Position numbers and translations under genes: made by a program. The notes beneath the pieces were generated by a model. It did no database searches. It was not told the origin of the DNA and saw only the letters and a program-made list of their open reading frames with translations. DNA of 53,727 nt from a virus (Duplodnaviria; Caudoviricetes), in IMG/VR virus record IMGVR_UViG_3300030060_003273, positions 1 through 53,727 of that record; one strand, 5' to 3'. Position 1 is the stretch's first letter, and each line of letters opens with the position of its first letter. Shown one piece after another: positions 38,191 to 47,711 of this stretch.

Positions 38191-39321
38191 TCACTTAAGG
38201 TCACGGATTGAACCTTGACCTCCAAAGAAAGTTGTCCATACTTCACCCATTGTTCTGTAAAGCCCTTCTTGACCTAGTCTGTTAATTGCAAACGGGTCAC
38301 CAGTTTCGATACCACTTTCAAAATATTGTGTAGGAATTCCAGTACTAAAGTACAAATAATCTGTATCAAGCATATAAATTCTGCTTAGACTATCTTTTGC
38401 TACATCTTTGGAAGGAATGATTGGTACTCCATTGTATGTTGCTACAACGAATCCCGCTTCAACACCGGGTACACCCTTTACACCATTGTATGTTGGTGTA
38501 ACTCTTCTTTCTTCCATGAATCTTTGTTGTGTTTGTAACAATTGTTGAATTCTCATCAATGTATCATATCCAGTTAACATAACTTTTGGATTTCCACCAC
38601 GTACCCATAGTTTTTGGAATAAGTCATCTAAGTGGTCTAAACTTAAAGTTCTGTTAGTACTACCTGTGTCAGCGTTACCTTCAGCAAATGACCATGAGTT
38701 TGCACTTCTGTCAATACTGTAGATATCTTCGTCTGCTGCATCATAGTGTGTTCCTGATGTCATTGCTGTACTATCAGCCACAGTAACTCTGTCAAGTGAT
38801 TCTATATCATTACCAGCAACTGTGCTTACATCTTGTAATAGCATTTGGTTGATGTGTTCTGCATGGTGTTTACCCATTTCTTCTTTTAGAACACTTCTTA
38901 TGTCACCTAGACCATCATCCTTATCAGAAAGGAAAATTGCTACTTCTGACATGTCAAAAGCGTGAGCAATTGTTTTTGGTTTTGCTGCAACATGTTGGAA
39001 TGTTGGTTTTGTTGTGTCTGGTAGTGTACCATTTTCTGCAATACCGCCACCAACTGATGTTGATGGTTTTGCAGTTACAACACGCCATCCGCTTCTGTCC
39101 CAAGGTTTCTTAGGTAGAATACTAAATGCGTTAAATTCTTGGTTTAGTTGTGACCAAACTTTTCGTCCATATATTGCTTGGTATGTACCTGCTGTTGTAC
39201 TTAGCATAGGTGCATCTGCTTTCAGTAGTTCTGAACCACTGTAAGAGTAACCCATTGCGTTTCCAGCACCGTAGTAGTACCTTTCCAAGTCTTGTACTGT
39301 TCTTACATAATTTCTTGCCAT
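38191..39321 (-). CDS. Major capsid protein, HK97 fold (376 aa)
   Basis: Follows the protease gene. AIYGRKVWSQLNQEFNAFSILPKKPW..SGWRV and VATYNGVPIIPSKD resemble magrovirus/halovirus capsid proteins (recognised from memory). Confidence 0.92.
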   Translation of the reverse strand: MARNYVRTVQDLERYYYGAGNAMGYSYSGSELLKADAPMLSTTAGTYQAIYGRKVWSQLNQEFNAFSILPKKPWDRSGWRVVTAKPSTSVGGGIAENGTLPDTTKPTFQHVAAKPKTIAHAFDMSEVAIFLSDKDDGLGDIRSVLKEEMGKHHAEHINQMLLQDVSTVAGNDIESLDRVTVADSTAMTSGTHYDAADEDIYSIDRSANSWSFAEGNADTGSTNRTLSLDHLDDLFQKLWVRGGNPKVMLTGYDTLMRIQQLLQTQQRFMEERRVTPTYNGVKGVPGVEAGFVVATYNGVPIIPSKDVAKDSLSRIYMLDTDYLYFSTGIPTQYFESGIETGDPFAINRLGQEGLYRTMGEVWTTFFGGQGSIRDLK

Positions 39322-39358
39322 ATTTTTTCATCTCCATTTATTTTTTTATATTTGGAAT
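39322..39358 (-). promoter_or_regulatory. A-rich leader with GGAGATGA ribosome-binding site for the capsid gene
   Basis: ATATAAAAAAATAAATGGAGATGAAAAAAT-ATG. Confidence 0.7.
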
Positions 39359-40279
39359 TTAATTCCATACACTCCCTGCTAATCTGTGAACATCATTCCA
39401 GTCCATGTTAGCCATTTCTTCAGAAGTTGGTATTTCTACTTTTGAAATATTACCTGCTGATTTCATGATTGGTTCTGCACTTTGTGTTGATAAAGCATCA
39501 ATTCTGCTTCCTAATGATTGAATAGCCTTTTGGATTTCTCCTAATGGACCACGTGCATCAAAGGAAGATGCTGCTCTTGCATCTCTTTCTGCAGTTTGTT
39601 CTTTTGCTAATCTGTCACTAAATACTGAATTTAAACTTGATTTAAATTGTTCTTCTTGTGCTGCTGCTTTGAAAACTTCGTAAGCCGCTTCTATTTCAGT
39701 TGCACTTACATTGTCAGGTGAAAGGAAAGATTTTGAAACCTTTCCACCACTGCTTAATCCAGCACGAGAAAGAGCATTTGTTGAAGGAGAGCCATTTTCT
39801 GTTGCTCTACCTTTAACTTGGCCTGCAAAGTAATCTGCTCCATCAACAGAGGCTGGGTTATCAAATCCGCCAAGTTGTGCTTTTTCTAAATCATCAAAGT
39901 GGTTTCTTGCACCAGCAATGTCAACACCTTGTCCTTTAAGGGTGCTTTCCATCCAGTTTAAGTAATCACTTGTTATTACATCACTGTATTCAGATTTTTC
40001 TGTTTTTTCTTTGTCTTTAGCATCTTCATCTTCTTCTTTTTCCATATGAGAGCCATATCCTTTTTCTTTATTTTCATTCATTTTATCATTGTCTCCGTTT
40101 TCTTTAGAGTCATCATCGTTTGAGTCTTCACCATCTTTTTTATCTTTTGGCTTTAGGAATTCAGGCATTTCTTTAGCAACATCGTCTGCTGCAGGTCCAT
40201 TTTCCATAGTATCCAATTTCTTATTCAATCGGTCAAGAACGCTAGATAGTTCCCCTAATGCGTCTGTTTCATTGTTCAT
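39359..40279 (-). CDS. Predicted nested in-frame scaffolding protein (306 aa)
   Basis: AAGGAGG at 40294-40288 lies 8 nt upstream of an in-frame ATG (codon 179), right at the end of the protease domain. Confidence 0.65.
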   Translation of the reverse strand: MNNETDALGELSSVLDRLNKKLDTMENGPAADDVAKEMPEFLKPKDKKDGEDSNDDDSKENGDNDKMNENKEKGYGSHMEKEEDEDAKDKEKTEKSEYSDVITSDYLNWMESTLKGQGVDIAGARNHFDDLEKAQLGGFDNPASVDGADYFAGQVKGRATENGSPSTNALSRAGLSSGGKVSKSFLSPDNVSATEIEAAYEVFKAAAQEEQFKSSLNSVFSDRLAKEQTAERDARAASSFDARGPLGEIQKAIQSLGSRIDALSTQSAEPIMKSAGNISKVEIPTSEEMANMDWNDVHRLAGSVWN

Positions 40280-40813
40280 TGTTGTATCCTCCTTTAATAT
40301 TCGGAATGTTGCTTCGGGATTAATCCCTTTTTCACAAATAGTAACCTCGTGTAATTCTAGTTTTGAAATCTCGGTATAATTACCGTGCTCGGCATCATGC
40401 TTGTTAATGCGCTTAAATGCCTGTCCTCCAATACTAAAACCTCTAAGGGTACCTTTGCGAATTTGATTTGCGACTTCACGAGCCTTTTCGATGTCGTCAC
40501 GTAATTTGATAACTACAAACATACCTGAATCATCTACTCCAGATTTCCACACACGTCCTTCATTATCTGTATAATCTTTTATTACTTCACCTACTTGTAT
40601 ATTAGAATGTGCTAATTGTACATTTCTATAGTTAGATGCTTTCATAAAATCTCCAAATGCATTTTTTAATGCACCTGATGTAATTTTGTCTCCCTGCTTG
40701 TCTACCATTTCTACACTAGCATAACCTGCGATTACTAAGTCGTTTGAAGACTTAATAATATGCAAACCACCATCTTCTATAGAAGGGCTGCGTAAAAGCG
40801 CTGCGGAAGCCAT
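39359..40813 (-). CDS. Prohead protease (HK97 family) fused to a scaffold region (484 aa)
   Basis: IAGYASVEMVDKQGD, catalytic His in VQLAHS, catalytic Ser in LRGFSIGG, and LHEVTICEKGINPEA, followed by an acidic/helical C-terminal region. Confidence 0.92.
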   Translation of the reverse strand: MASAALLRSPSIEDGGLHIIKSSNDLVIAGYASVEMVDKQGDKITSGALKNAFGDFMKASNYRNVQLAHSNIQVGEVIKDYTDNEGRVWKSGVDDSGMFVVIKLRDDIEKAREVANQIRKGTLRGFSIGGQAFKRINKHDAEHGNYTEISKLELHEVTICEKGINPEATFRILKEDTTMNNETDALGELSSVLDRLNKKLDTMENGPAADDVAKEMPEFLKPKDKKDGEDSNDDDSKENGDNDKMNENKEKGYGSHMEKEEDEDAKDKEKTEKSEYSDVITSDYLNWMESTLKGQGVDIAGARNHFDDLEKAQLGGFDNPASVDGADYFAGQVKGRATENGSPSTNALSRAGLSSGGKVSKSFLSPDNVSATEIEAAYEVFKAAAQEEQFKSSLNSVFSDRLAKEQTAERDARAASSFDARGPLGEIQKAIQSLGSRIDALSTQSAEPIMKSAGNISKVEIPTSEEMANMDWNDVHRLAGSVWN

Positions 40814-40841
40814 TAAACCACCAAAGTCTAATTCATACTAC

Positions 40842-43800
40842 TTAAGACGTTTGTATCACAGCAGAATCTTTGTCCACATGTAAATGGGCCATTTCTTCTT
40901 CAGTATCTAATTCTAAATCAATAGACTGCGGCTTATCACCCGTCTTAGGTTGGTATTCTTCTAACTCCTCGTTTGGTCTTGGGCGACCATCATAGTCAGG
41001 AAGTGTGCTTTGGTCCCTAGTTCTAGTAGGACCTGTAGGGGATTGAACTGGGGTAGCCATATCAATTCCTAGACCTTTAGCACCTGTAAATGCATGACCT
41101 ACACTACCTATTGATTTTTCAATAGCCTTAAGTGCTCTAACTGTGGTATCCCAATAGTTTGAATCTTTTACCTTTTTAGGTTTAATAAGAGGTTTACCAT
41201 CACCTTTGCTTTGATGCACCTCTGCTTTTTCTTCATCTTCTCTAATATCTAAATTACCTTTTAACATAATGCCCGCAATAGGTGACCAAAACGGTCTTTG
41301 TGATTCAGCCATTCTAATTAACAAACTACTTTTTGATTTAGGAGAATGTACAAACCAATTTTCACCACTATTAGTTGCCTTGTAAATTACTTCACCTTGT
41401 TGAAACTCTACCATAATATGTCTATCAGACCTTTTAATTTGATGGGGCCATTGTTCAGGAATTGATTTTGTAAAAGCAGCCAGTGTTTCTCTACTAGCCA
41501 AAGGCTCTCCCTCTGCTTCGCTTTCAATATTACCAGCGTGTATAGTATATATATCAGATTCATTTTGTGTAAATGAAGTAACACTATCCATTGTAACTTT
41601 TACAGAATCTCCTACATTAAATTCTTTATCACTGTGAAATACAGTTCCTACATCCATGTAAGTTTCTCCATCTACTTCTTTAGCCCTATCTCCAATTTCA
41701 TCTCCATCTATAACTGGACCCATGCCTAATCTGTAAGTGTATTCTCCATCTCCTTTTTTATCTAATACTATTAAGTTAATGTCTTTACCGGGTTTGAGAA
41801 GTACCCATTTAGGATGTCGCTTTTCTCCTAGCATGTAAGTTGACTTGGCATCACGAAGTAGAATACGCTCTCCTTCTTTTTCTAAATCTTTGATTGTGTG
41901 TGACAAACCAGCATCATCTGTAAATCGTGTATTATAAGCCCCCGGTAACAATACATTTTCATGACTTTCCATACCACCTCTTAATATTCTAAGACGGTCT
42001 TGTGAAGGCTCATCGTGTACATCTTTATCATCAAATTCAATTATATCGAATACATGACATTCTTTACCTACCATAACTACATCAATAAAGAAATCTTTGT
42101 CAGTGGTTTTCTTAATAGATTTTACTAAATCATCATTTAATTCAGCAGACTTACCACTTACTCCTTCCCAAGCCTTAACTGTATCTCCATTTCTACGAAT
42201 AAAATATCTTTCACCTTCAGGCATAACACTTGCAACCCAATCCCCACTAAACCCTTTTAATTGTTCTATATCATCTAACTCAAAAATACGATGCATTGGT
42301 TGTAAAGGTGGGGGCTGCTCTGCATTAAACTTCAATAATAAATCTGAATTGGTCAAAGATGCAAGTGAATGTTTACCTTTGACCATGTGTTCCCAACCTC
42401 TGTCTTTTGGACTGGTGCCGTGCAAACTATGTAAACGCTGAGATGCTGGTACTTCGTCCATTGGTATAGCCCCCTGTCTGTTATGGGGGCCGAATTGACT
42501 TATGAACTGATTGATGTAGTTATCATTAAGCCCCATACTTTTGAATATTTGTCTATAGAACTCTTTAGGTAAACTAAGTAATTTTGATTCATAATCTCCT
42601 TCCTCAAAGTGCACATGCCCGTCTTTACCCATAACAGGTCTAAGATTAGGTCTACGTAAATGACCATGGTCTAATCTTAATGCTGGGGAATTCAAAATAC
42701 TACTTAGAGCATGACCATGAGGTGTACCTGCATCTCCTATCGGCACAGGTCCTTCACTAGTAATGTCATCACGCTTAAGTTCTCTATTATCAGAGTCACC
42801 TATTAAAATAGAATCTAATTTTTGATGAGTATTCCATCTATCCGCATCTGTGCTTGCTGCAGCAGTGTATTCATCACTTCCTCCGCTTCTCCTCATAGGT
42901 TCGTTACTCATGTGGTTTTCTGAATGTCTATGTGGGGCCATAACATGATGTACACCTACCCCTCTTAGAGCATCATCTTGACCTTCCATTATACGCCTTA
43001 AGGCTTCAACCATCCTACTAGGTTTAGATAATCTTGCTCTATCATCAGGGTCTCCTCTATATTTTGATTTACCTCTACTAACACCTTTTGAACTATGAGC
43101 ATCATAAAAATCATGCGCTGTGTCAATTGCATCAGGTATTACTTCTGAAGATTGGTTAGGAAAAATAGATGATGGAGGGTGCTTACCTATCATATCAGCG
43201 ATTTTCATAACAGAGAATTCTTTATCATAATCACCACCACTTAATCTTTCAATCTTATCAAATACATCATGTGCTAACCTTTGGTGAAAAGGGTCTTCAC
43301 TGTCAAGTCCTAGTAAATTGTAAATGTTTTCATAATTCTCTCCAGCAGTACCCATGCTTAGTTTACTTTCACTACCATGAACTAAGTTAGCCAAATTACC
43401 ATGATGGGCTTGTCCAACAATTGGCCTTGTGTCAGGTCTTTTTGCTAAACCATGTGATGTTTCGTTATGTATAATATTAGAATTACTATTACCATAAGTG
43501 GTAGCGGCTGATGCTATAGCCTGTATATTAGCAACTGTTGTGTTAAAATCACCGGGTACAATAGGGCTTTTACCTTGCTTTATAGCCTCGTGTATTAGTT
43601 TACCAGTTAATCTCGCAGTGGCTTGTAAATCAGATATTCGCTTCATATCAGTAGAATCATGCCCTTGAGTTTTCAAATCCATAAAGTCAGAGGCAGGTAC
43701 CCCTTCATCTTCCCTGCTAAGTTGTTTTTCCGCCTCTATAATTTTTTGATACATATCTCTGTATTTAGGAGAATCTTCACCATAGCGCTCACCAATACGT

Positions 43801-46529
43801 GCTAATGTACCTACTAAATTGTCAAGTACATCTTCCGCTTCAGTTGCAGTACCCTCACCTTCTCTTTGACCACTTAGGAATTTTCCAGATGCCTCTTTCT
43901 TTCTCTTACCCATCAGTTCGTATAAAGAATTAAGTGTGGGTACAGGTAATTTTTCTTCTGGGATAGTTTCTAAATCATTATGACCTGTCCATAAATGGTC
44001 TTGTGGGTCTAATGGGTCTGAAAGCACACCCATCTGCGCAGCAATAGATGCACTATGATTTGCAGGTACTGTTAATGGATTACCTGCTTCAAAAGGAGTT
44101 GACTGCCTAGTAAATGGGTTTCTATAATGGTCATAACTTCTTTTAGTACCAGTACCTGTGCCTCTAGCAGTTTCACCTTCATATTGACTTTCTTTTAAAG
44201 CCTTCATAGATGGGGTCCTTAATCTCTTTTCAGCCGGAGTTCTTGCCATGTAATGCTTTCTATAATCCTTATAAGTTGAATTTACAGTAGGTCCATCTAG
44301 ACTTGCTCCTCCTGTAGCAATATCTCCTTTAGCCCCTGCTACCCCTGTCTCAATCCTAGTGTTATTTTGACTCAACGCTTGGGTCGGAAAAGTATCTAAC
44401 AACTTTGCTTTCTCTCCCACTTCTGAAAATTTTACTTCACCTGTTAAAGAGTCTTTAATACGCTTTCTTTTAGGGTAGCGTGCTCTTTCTAAAGATAGAT
44501 TACTGAAAGGCCCAAACAAACCACCTGTCGTTATGTCAGGGTTATAAACATCATCCATTCTCCCATATGGGTCATCTAGTGGTATATGGGGCCTTATTGC
44601 ACCTGATACAAATTGAGGCATTGGCTCTGTCATCCCCGACACACGTTTTGTACCATACTGACTTAGAAACTGCTCATCCGTTATAGAAGAAAAATCTTTG
44701 CCAAGGTCATGGGTTTTCATACCATATAATGAATGCGAATAACTACCTTCTTTTTTATGAGCAGTCATATCATGTAATATATCCATTAATGCATCATGAT
44801 GTCTACCCATACCTCCTAGATGCCGATAAGGTTGTCTCCAATGAGTAGCCAAAGTTGTATTATCATCTGCATGTTCATGGCTGTCAGGGTCTACCCAACC
44901 TGCTCTATGATACGCTATTGAATTTCTTGCCTTTCTACCAGCATACATACTGGATGCTTTATCTTCAAGTGATTTTATAGTGTTATTGAAATATTCCATC
45001 AACTCTGGTTTATCTACATATTGCTCTAAGGCTTCGCCAAGTTCTTCAGGGCTTAATTTATTGGTTTCATCTACTTTATCAGGTGCATTTAAAGGATGTA
45101 ATACATTTTTTAATGAATTAGGGTCCCAGTCTAAACCGTAAAAAGGGTGCTCACCTTCTCTATAAAATACACCAGTTTCAGGGTCAATTCCCGCTAAAGC
45201 ACGAATGGTTGAAATTGATAAATGGTCGTCATCTTTTGGTTTTGCTACAAATTCTTTATCTTTAACGTGCCAATTAGGTAAAAATTTTAAATTACTATTT
45301 GTTAAATCATTGAACTGCTCTAGTAATTTATCATACATAGAGTCATCACTCCTTCTTAATAAACTATTTATCAACATAGGATTTAAACTACCAGTGCTTA
45401 ATGGTATTTTTTGATGTTCTATATTTTCACCTGTAACATCGGGGTCTCTTCCCCACCAATCGTATAAGCCACCAAACCGTTGGTAATTATTACGCTTCAA
45501 TCTACCCATTCTTAAATTACCTAAACTGGTTGTAACAACCCTTCCTTCTTTTGTGTTTGAGTCTGTTCCATGCTCATATAAATGATTATAAATTTTAGTG
45601 CGGTCTTCGGGAGATTCTAACTCTAAGCCTAAATGGTAACAATTATGACCTAGCCCTGTCATATGACCGTTTTCATCTACTTCTTGAGATAGCCACCCAT
45701 CTATCAATTCTTGCATGTGCCTTGTTCTTAATTCCTTTTCTGTAGGCTCTTCGTCTGTTGGTACAGTTTGTAAATTATCCTTTTTCCAATTTTCGTAATG
45801 TTTATTGAACCTTTGAGCATTAGTATTGAAAGTTTTACCTAACATGTTATTATTAATTATCATATGTGGTTGATTAGTATCTTTGTCAACAGCATGTTGC
45901 TTTTCCCAAGCCATTTCTTTATCATGGTCATCCTCCGCTTTAGATTGACCTATTTTGTTACCATTCTCATTATAATTTTGATGATAATAAAAGTCAACAA
46001 GCCTTTCACACCAAGCAGGCATTAAACCAAACTCAGGGTGATGCTTTGTCGCAGATAATGGATGTAAATCTGTACTCAACGGATTATCAGATGGGTGGTT
46101 ATAATCACCATGTTGAGGTTGTGCTAAACGGGGACTCATGCCAGTTCTACCAGCGGTTTGCTCTGATTCAGGGAGTATTGTACGATTGTAAAAGGTACTA
46201 CCCTGTCCACTTTGATGTGCAGGCTGTACTATACTAAAAGCACCACCACCTTTGGATGCACCGGGTGACCATTCATCTAATTTGGGCATATCAGCACCTC
46301 CAAAAGCAATCTGTTCTGTTTCATCTTCAACTTGTTTTAGAACAGGTTTTAACATCTTCTGTAGAGTACTGTCAATACTCTCATTAGGTATATCTATACC
46401 ATGCCTTGAGAGATTAAGTAATGAGAAATAATATTCAGCGGCTGCATCAGCCTTTCCTATATTGTCTATTATAGACTTAAAAAATGTATTACGGTGGCGA
46501 TTATAGATATCTAAAGCAGATTCACGCAC
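40842..46529 (-). CDS. 1895-aa head-module protein with a C-terminal, apparently inactive, ATP-dependent DNA ligase fold (adenylation + OB domains)
   Basis: At about 42320-41490: motif I reads SVMPEGER (canonical KxDGxR), followed by FFIDVVMV, HVFDII, RILLRDAKSTY and KWVLLKP, then the OB-type YRLGMG...YMDVGTV. Confidence 0.8.
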   Translation of the reverse strand: MRESALDIYNRHRNTFFKSIIDNIGKADAAAEYYFSLLNLSRHGIDIPNESIDSTLQKMLKPVLKQVEDETEQIAFGGADMPKLDEWSPGASKGGGAFSIVQPAHQSGQGSTFYNRTILPESEQTAGRTGMSPRLAQPQHGDYNHPSDNPLSTDLHPLSATKHHPEFGLMPAWCERLVDFYYHQNYNENGNKIGQSKAEDDHDKEMAWEKQHAVDKDTNQPHMIINNNMLGKTFNTNAQRFNKHYENWKKDNLQTVPTDEEPTEKELRTRHMQELIDGWLSQEVDENGHMTGLGHNCYHLGLELESPEDRTKIYNHLYEHGTDSNTKEGRVVTTSLGNLRMGRLKRNNYQRFGGLYDWWGRDPDVTGENIEHQKIPLSTGSLNPMLINSLLRRSDDSMYDKLLEQFNDLTNSNLKFLPNWHVKDKEFVAKPKDDDHLSISTIRALAGIDPETGVFYREGEHPFYGLDWDPNSLKNVLHPLNAPDKVDETNKLSPEELGEALEQYVDKPELMEYFNNTIKSLEDKASSMYAGRKARNSIAYHRAGWVDPDSHEHADDNTTLATHWRQPYRHLGGMGRHHDALMDILHDMTAHKKEGSYSHSLYGMKTHDLGKDFSSITDEQFLSQYGTKRVSGMTEPMPQFVSGAIRPHIPLDDPYGRMDDVYNPDITTGGLFGPFSNLSLERARYPKRKRIKDSLTGEVKFSEVGEKAKLLDTFPTQALSQNNTRIETGVAGAKGDIATGGASLDGPTVNSTYKDYRKHYMARTPAEKRLRTPSMKALKESQYEGETARGTGTGTKRSYDHYRNPFTRQSTPFEAGNPLTVPANHSASIAAQMGVLSDPLDPQDHLWTGHNDLETIPEEKLPVPTLNSLYELMGKRKKEASGKFLSGQREGEGTATEAEDVLDNLVGTLARIGERYGEDSPKYRDMYQKIIEAEKQLSREDEGVPASDFMDLKTQGHDSTDMKRISDLQATARLTGKLIHEAIKQGKSPIVPGDFNTTVANIQAIASAATTYGNSNSNIIHNETSHGLAKRPDTRPIVGQAHHGNLANLVHGSESKLSMGTAGENYENIYNLLGLDSEDPFHQRLAHDVFDKIERLSGGDYDKEFSVMKIADMIGKHPPSSIFPNQSSEVIPDAIDTAHDFYDAHSSKGVSRGKSKYRGDPDDRARLSKPSRMVEALRRIMEGQDDALRGVGVHHVMAPHRHSENHMSNEPMRRSGGSDEYTAAASTDADRWNTHQKLDSILIGDSDNRELKRDDITSEGPVPIGDAGTPHGHALSSILNSPALRLDHGHLRRPNLRPVMGKDGHVHFEEGDYESKLLSLPKEFYRQIFKSMGLNDNYINQFISQFGPHNRQGAIPMDEVPASQRLHSLHGTSPKDRGWEHMVKGKHSLASLTNSDLLLKFNAEQPPPLQPMHRIFELDDIEQLKGFSGDWVASVMPEGERYFIRRNGDTVKAWEGVSGKSAELNDDLVKSIKKTTDKDFFIDVVMVGKECHVFDIIEFDDKDVHDEPSQDRLRILRGGMESHENVLLPGAYNTRFTDDAGLSHTIKDLEKEGERILLRDAKSTYMLGEKRHPKWVLLKPGKDINLIVLDKKGDGEYTYRLGMGPVIDGDEIGDRAKEVDGETYMDVGTVFHSDKEFNVGDSVKVTMDSVTSFTQNESDIYTIHAGNIESEAEGEPLASRETLAAFTKSIPEQWPHQIKRSDRHIMVEFQQGEVIYKATNSGENWFVHSPKSKSSLLIRMAESQRPFWSPIAGIMLKGNLDIREDEEKAEVHQSKGDGKPLIKPKKVKDSNYWDTTVRALKAIEKSIGSVGHAFTGAKGLGIDMATPVQSPTGPTRTRDQSTLPDYDGRPRPNEELEEYQPKTGDKPQSIDLELDTEEEMAHLHVDKDSAVIQTS

Positions 46530-46542
46530 ACCAACACCACCA

Positions 46543-46974
46543 TCAAACGTGGCGGGATAATCGGTCTATAGATTTAGTAATGATATCTAATTGATTTTGC
46601 CTTCCATCTGTACCTAGTGTTTTAGTTAATGCAGGTGGTTGTTCATCACTACCAATCTCATGACTACCTAGTGTTGATTCATTTGTTGGATAGTGAGTAT
46701 TGTAAGCACCAAAGACATCTACATTTTCAGATGTAGCCCCTTTGTTAGCCACATCTTCAGATTCTATCAAAGAGTTATTAGTAGTATAGTGTGCACTTCT
46801 AATAGGGGTGTTTCCACCAGTTTCACTAGCAAACATAGAAGGTCCTACTTTAGAGCCCTCTGTTGTTTTATATTCAGGTTGTGAAGACCTTTTGGCTATT
46901 CTGTCTGCTACCTTTTTAGTTTCTTTTAAAATAGCATCAAATTTTTCGTCTCTTGGTTCAAATCTTGGTTTCAT
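46543..46974 (-). CDS. Hypothetical head-module protein (~143 aa)
   Basis: AGGTGA precedes ATG 46974. Fits the co-oriented gene packing. Confidence 0.65.
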   Translation of the reverse strand: MKPRFEPRDEKFDAILKETKKVADRIAKRSSQPEYKTTEGSKVGPSMFASETGGNTPIRSAHYTTNNSLIESEDVANKGATSENVDVFGAYNTHYPTNESTLGSHEIGSDEQPPALTKTLGTDGRQNQLDIITKSIDRLSRHV

Positions 46975-46975
46975 T

Positions 46976-47326
46976 TTATTCACCTATTCCTTTAGCACTT
47001 TCTGCAAGTGCATGTATATCTTCCCATTTCATATTATGAAATTCTTCATTAGTTGCTGGGATTGCTATGCCACTTTCATCAATGGCTTTTAAGATATTAT
47101 CTCCCCCTCCTCTAAATATGTCATCTCTTACATCTTCTGCTATTGGTGTACTCATTGGTACAAATCCCATTTTCTTTAACAAACCAGTAGGATTAGTCAT
47201 ATTTTGTTTAATTAATTGGTTTTCAATCTTTAGTGATTCAATTGTTGCGTCCATTGCTTCCATTTTATTAATTAAAACTTCAACTAACTTTTCTGCAGCA
47301 TTACCCTCTTCTAACTGCTCTGTCAT
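46976..47326 (-). CDS. Hypothetical coiled-coil head-module protein (116 aa)
   Basis: AGGTGA site upstream. The C-terminal IPATNEEFHNMKWEDIHALA closely resembles the end of the protease/scaffold. Confidence 0.7.
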   Translation of the reverse strand: MTEQLEEGNAAEKLVEVLINKMEAMDATIESLKIENQLIKQNMTNPTGLLKKMGFVPMSTPIAEDVRDDIFRGGGDNILKAIDESGIAIPATNEEFHNMKWEDIHALAESAKGIGE

Positions 47327-47334
47327 TAAATCAC

Positions 47335-47676
47335 CTATTGTAGTGTCCTGTTACTTTGCGGTCTCATAATACTACCTATACGGTTAGTACGAATAGTTCC
47401 GGGTAACACATCATTAGAGTGTTTGTGCACTTTTTCTACTTGACTAAACTTACTTACAGGGAATCCACCTGCAAATATATCATTAACACCTTTTGTACTT
47501 TCTTGTTTATTAATCATACTTTCAATATCAGTTGATAAATAGTCTGCATATTTCATAATTTCATTGATGTGGTTTCTAGCAGAACTGGAATCACTTTGTT
47601 CTATTGCTTTGTAAAATTCATCCACATGAACTTTCATTTTCCGAGCCATCGGGTCTAACTTTAACAAATCGGCCAT
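47335..47676 (-). CDS. Hypothetical helical head-module protein (~113 aa)
   Basis: Likely start MADLLKLDP at 47676; the track's start at 47715 is also possible. Confidence 0.65.
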   Translation of the reverse strand: MADLLKLDPMARKMKVHVDEFYKAIEQSDSSSARNHINEIMKYADYLSTDIESMINKQESTKGVNDIFAGGFPVSKFSQVEKVHKHSNDVLPGTIRTNRIGSIMRPQSNRTLQ

Positions 47677-47689
47677 GCTCCACCCAACA

Positions 47690-47711
47690 CCTCTAATATA
47701 TTGAACCTTTC
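47690..47711 (-). promoter_or_regulatory. Possible archaeal BRE/TATA promoter
   Basis: GAAAGGTTCAATATATTAG lies about 20-30 nt upstream of ATG 47676 in one of the few gaps between genes. It is an imperfect match to the consensus. Confidence 0.25.

Noticed and set aside
8837-39337. Short out-of-frame minus-strand ORFs (8837-9040, 14339-14554, 31439-31624, 36207-36395, 39131-39337)
   Set aside because: They overlap well-supported genes in another frame and have no independent support.
38171-39347. T-tracts near 38171 and 39341 as terminators
   Set aside because: They are A-tracts on the coding strand and are better explained as part of the shared leader motif.
41490-42320. A functional replicative DNA ligase
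   Set aside because: The motif I lysine is replaced by Met and other catalytic motifs are degenerate.
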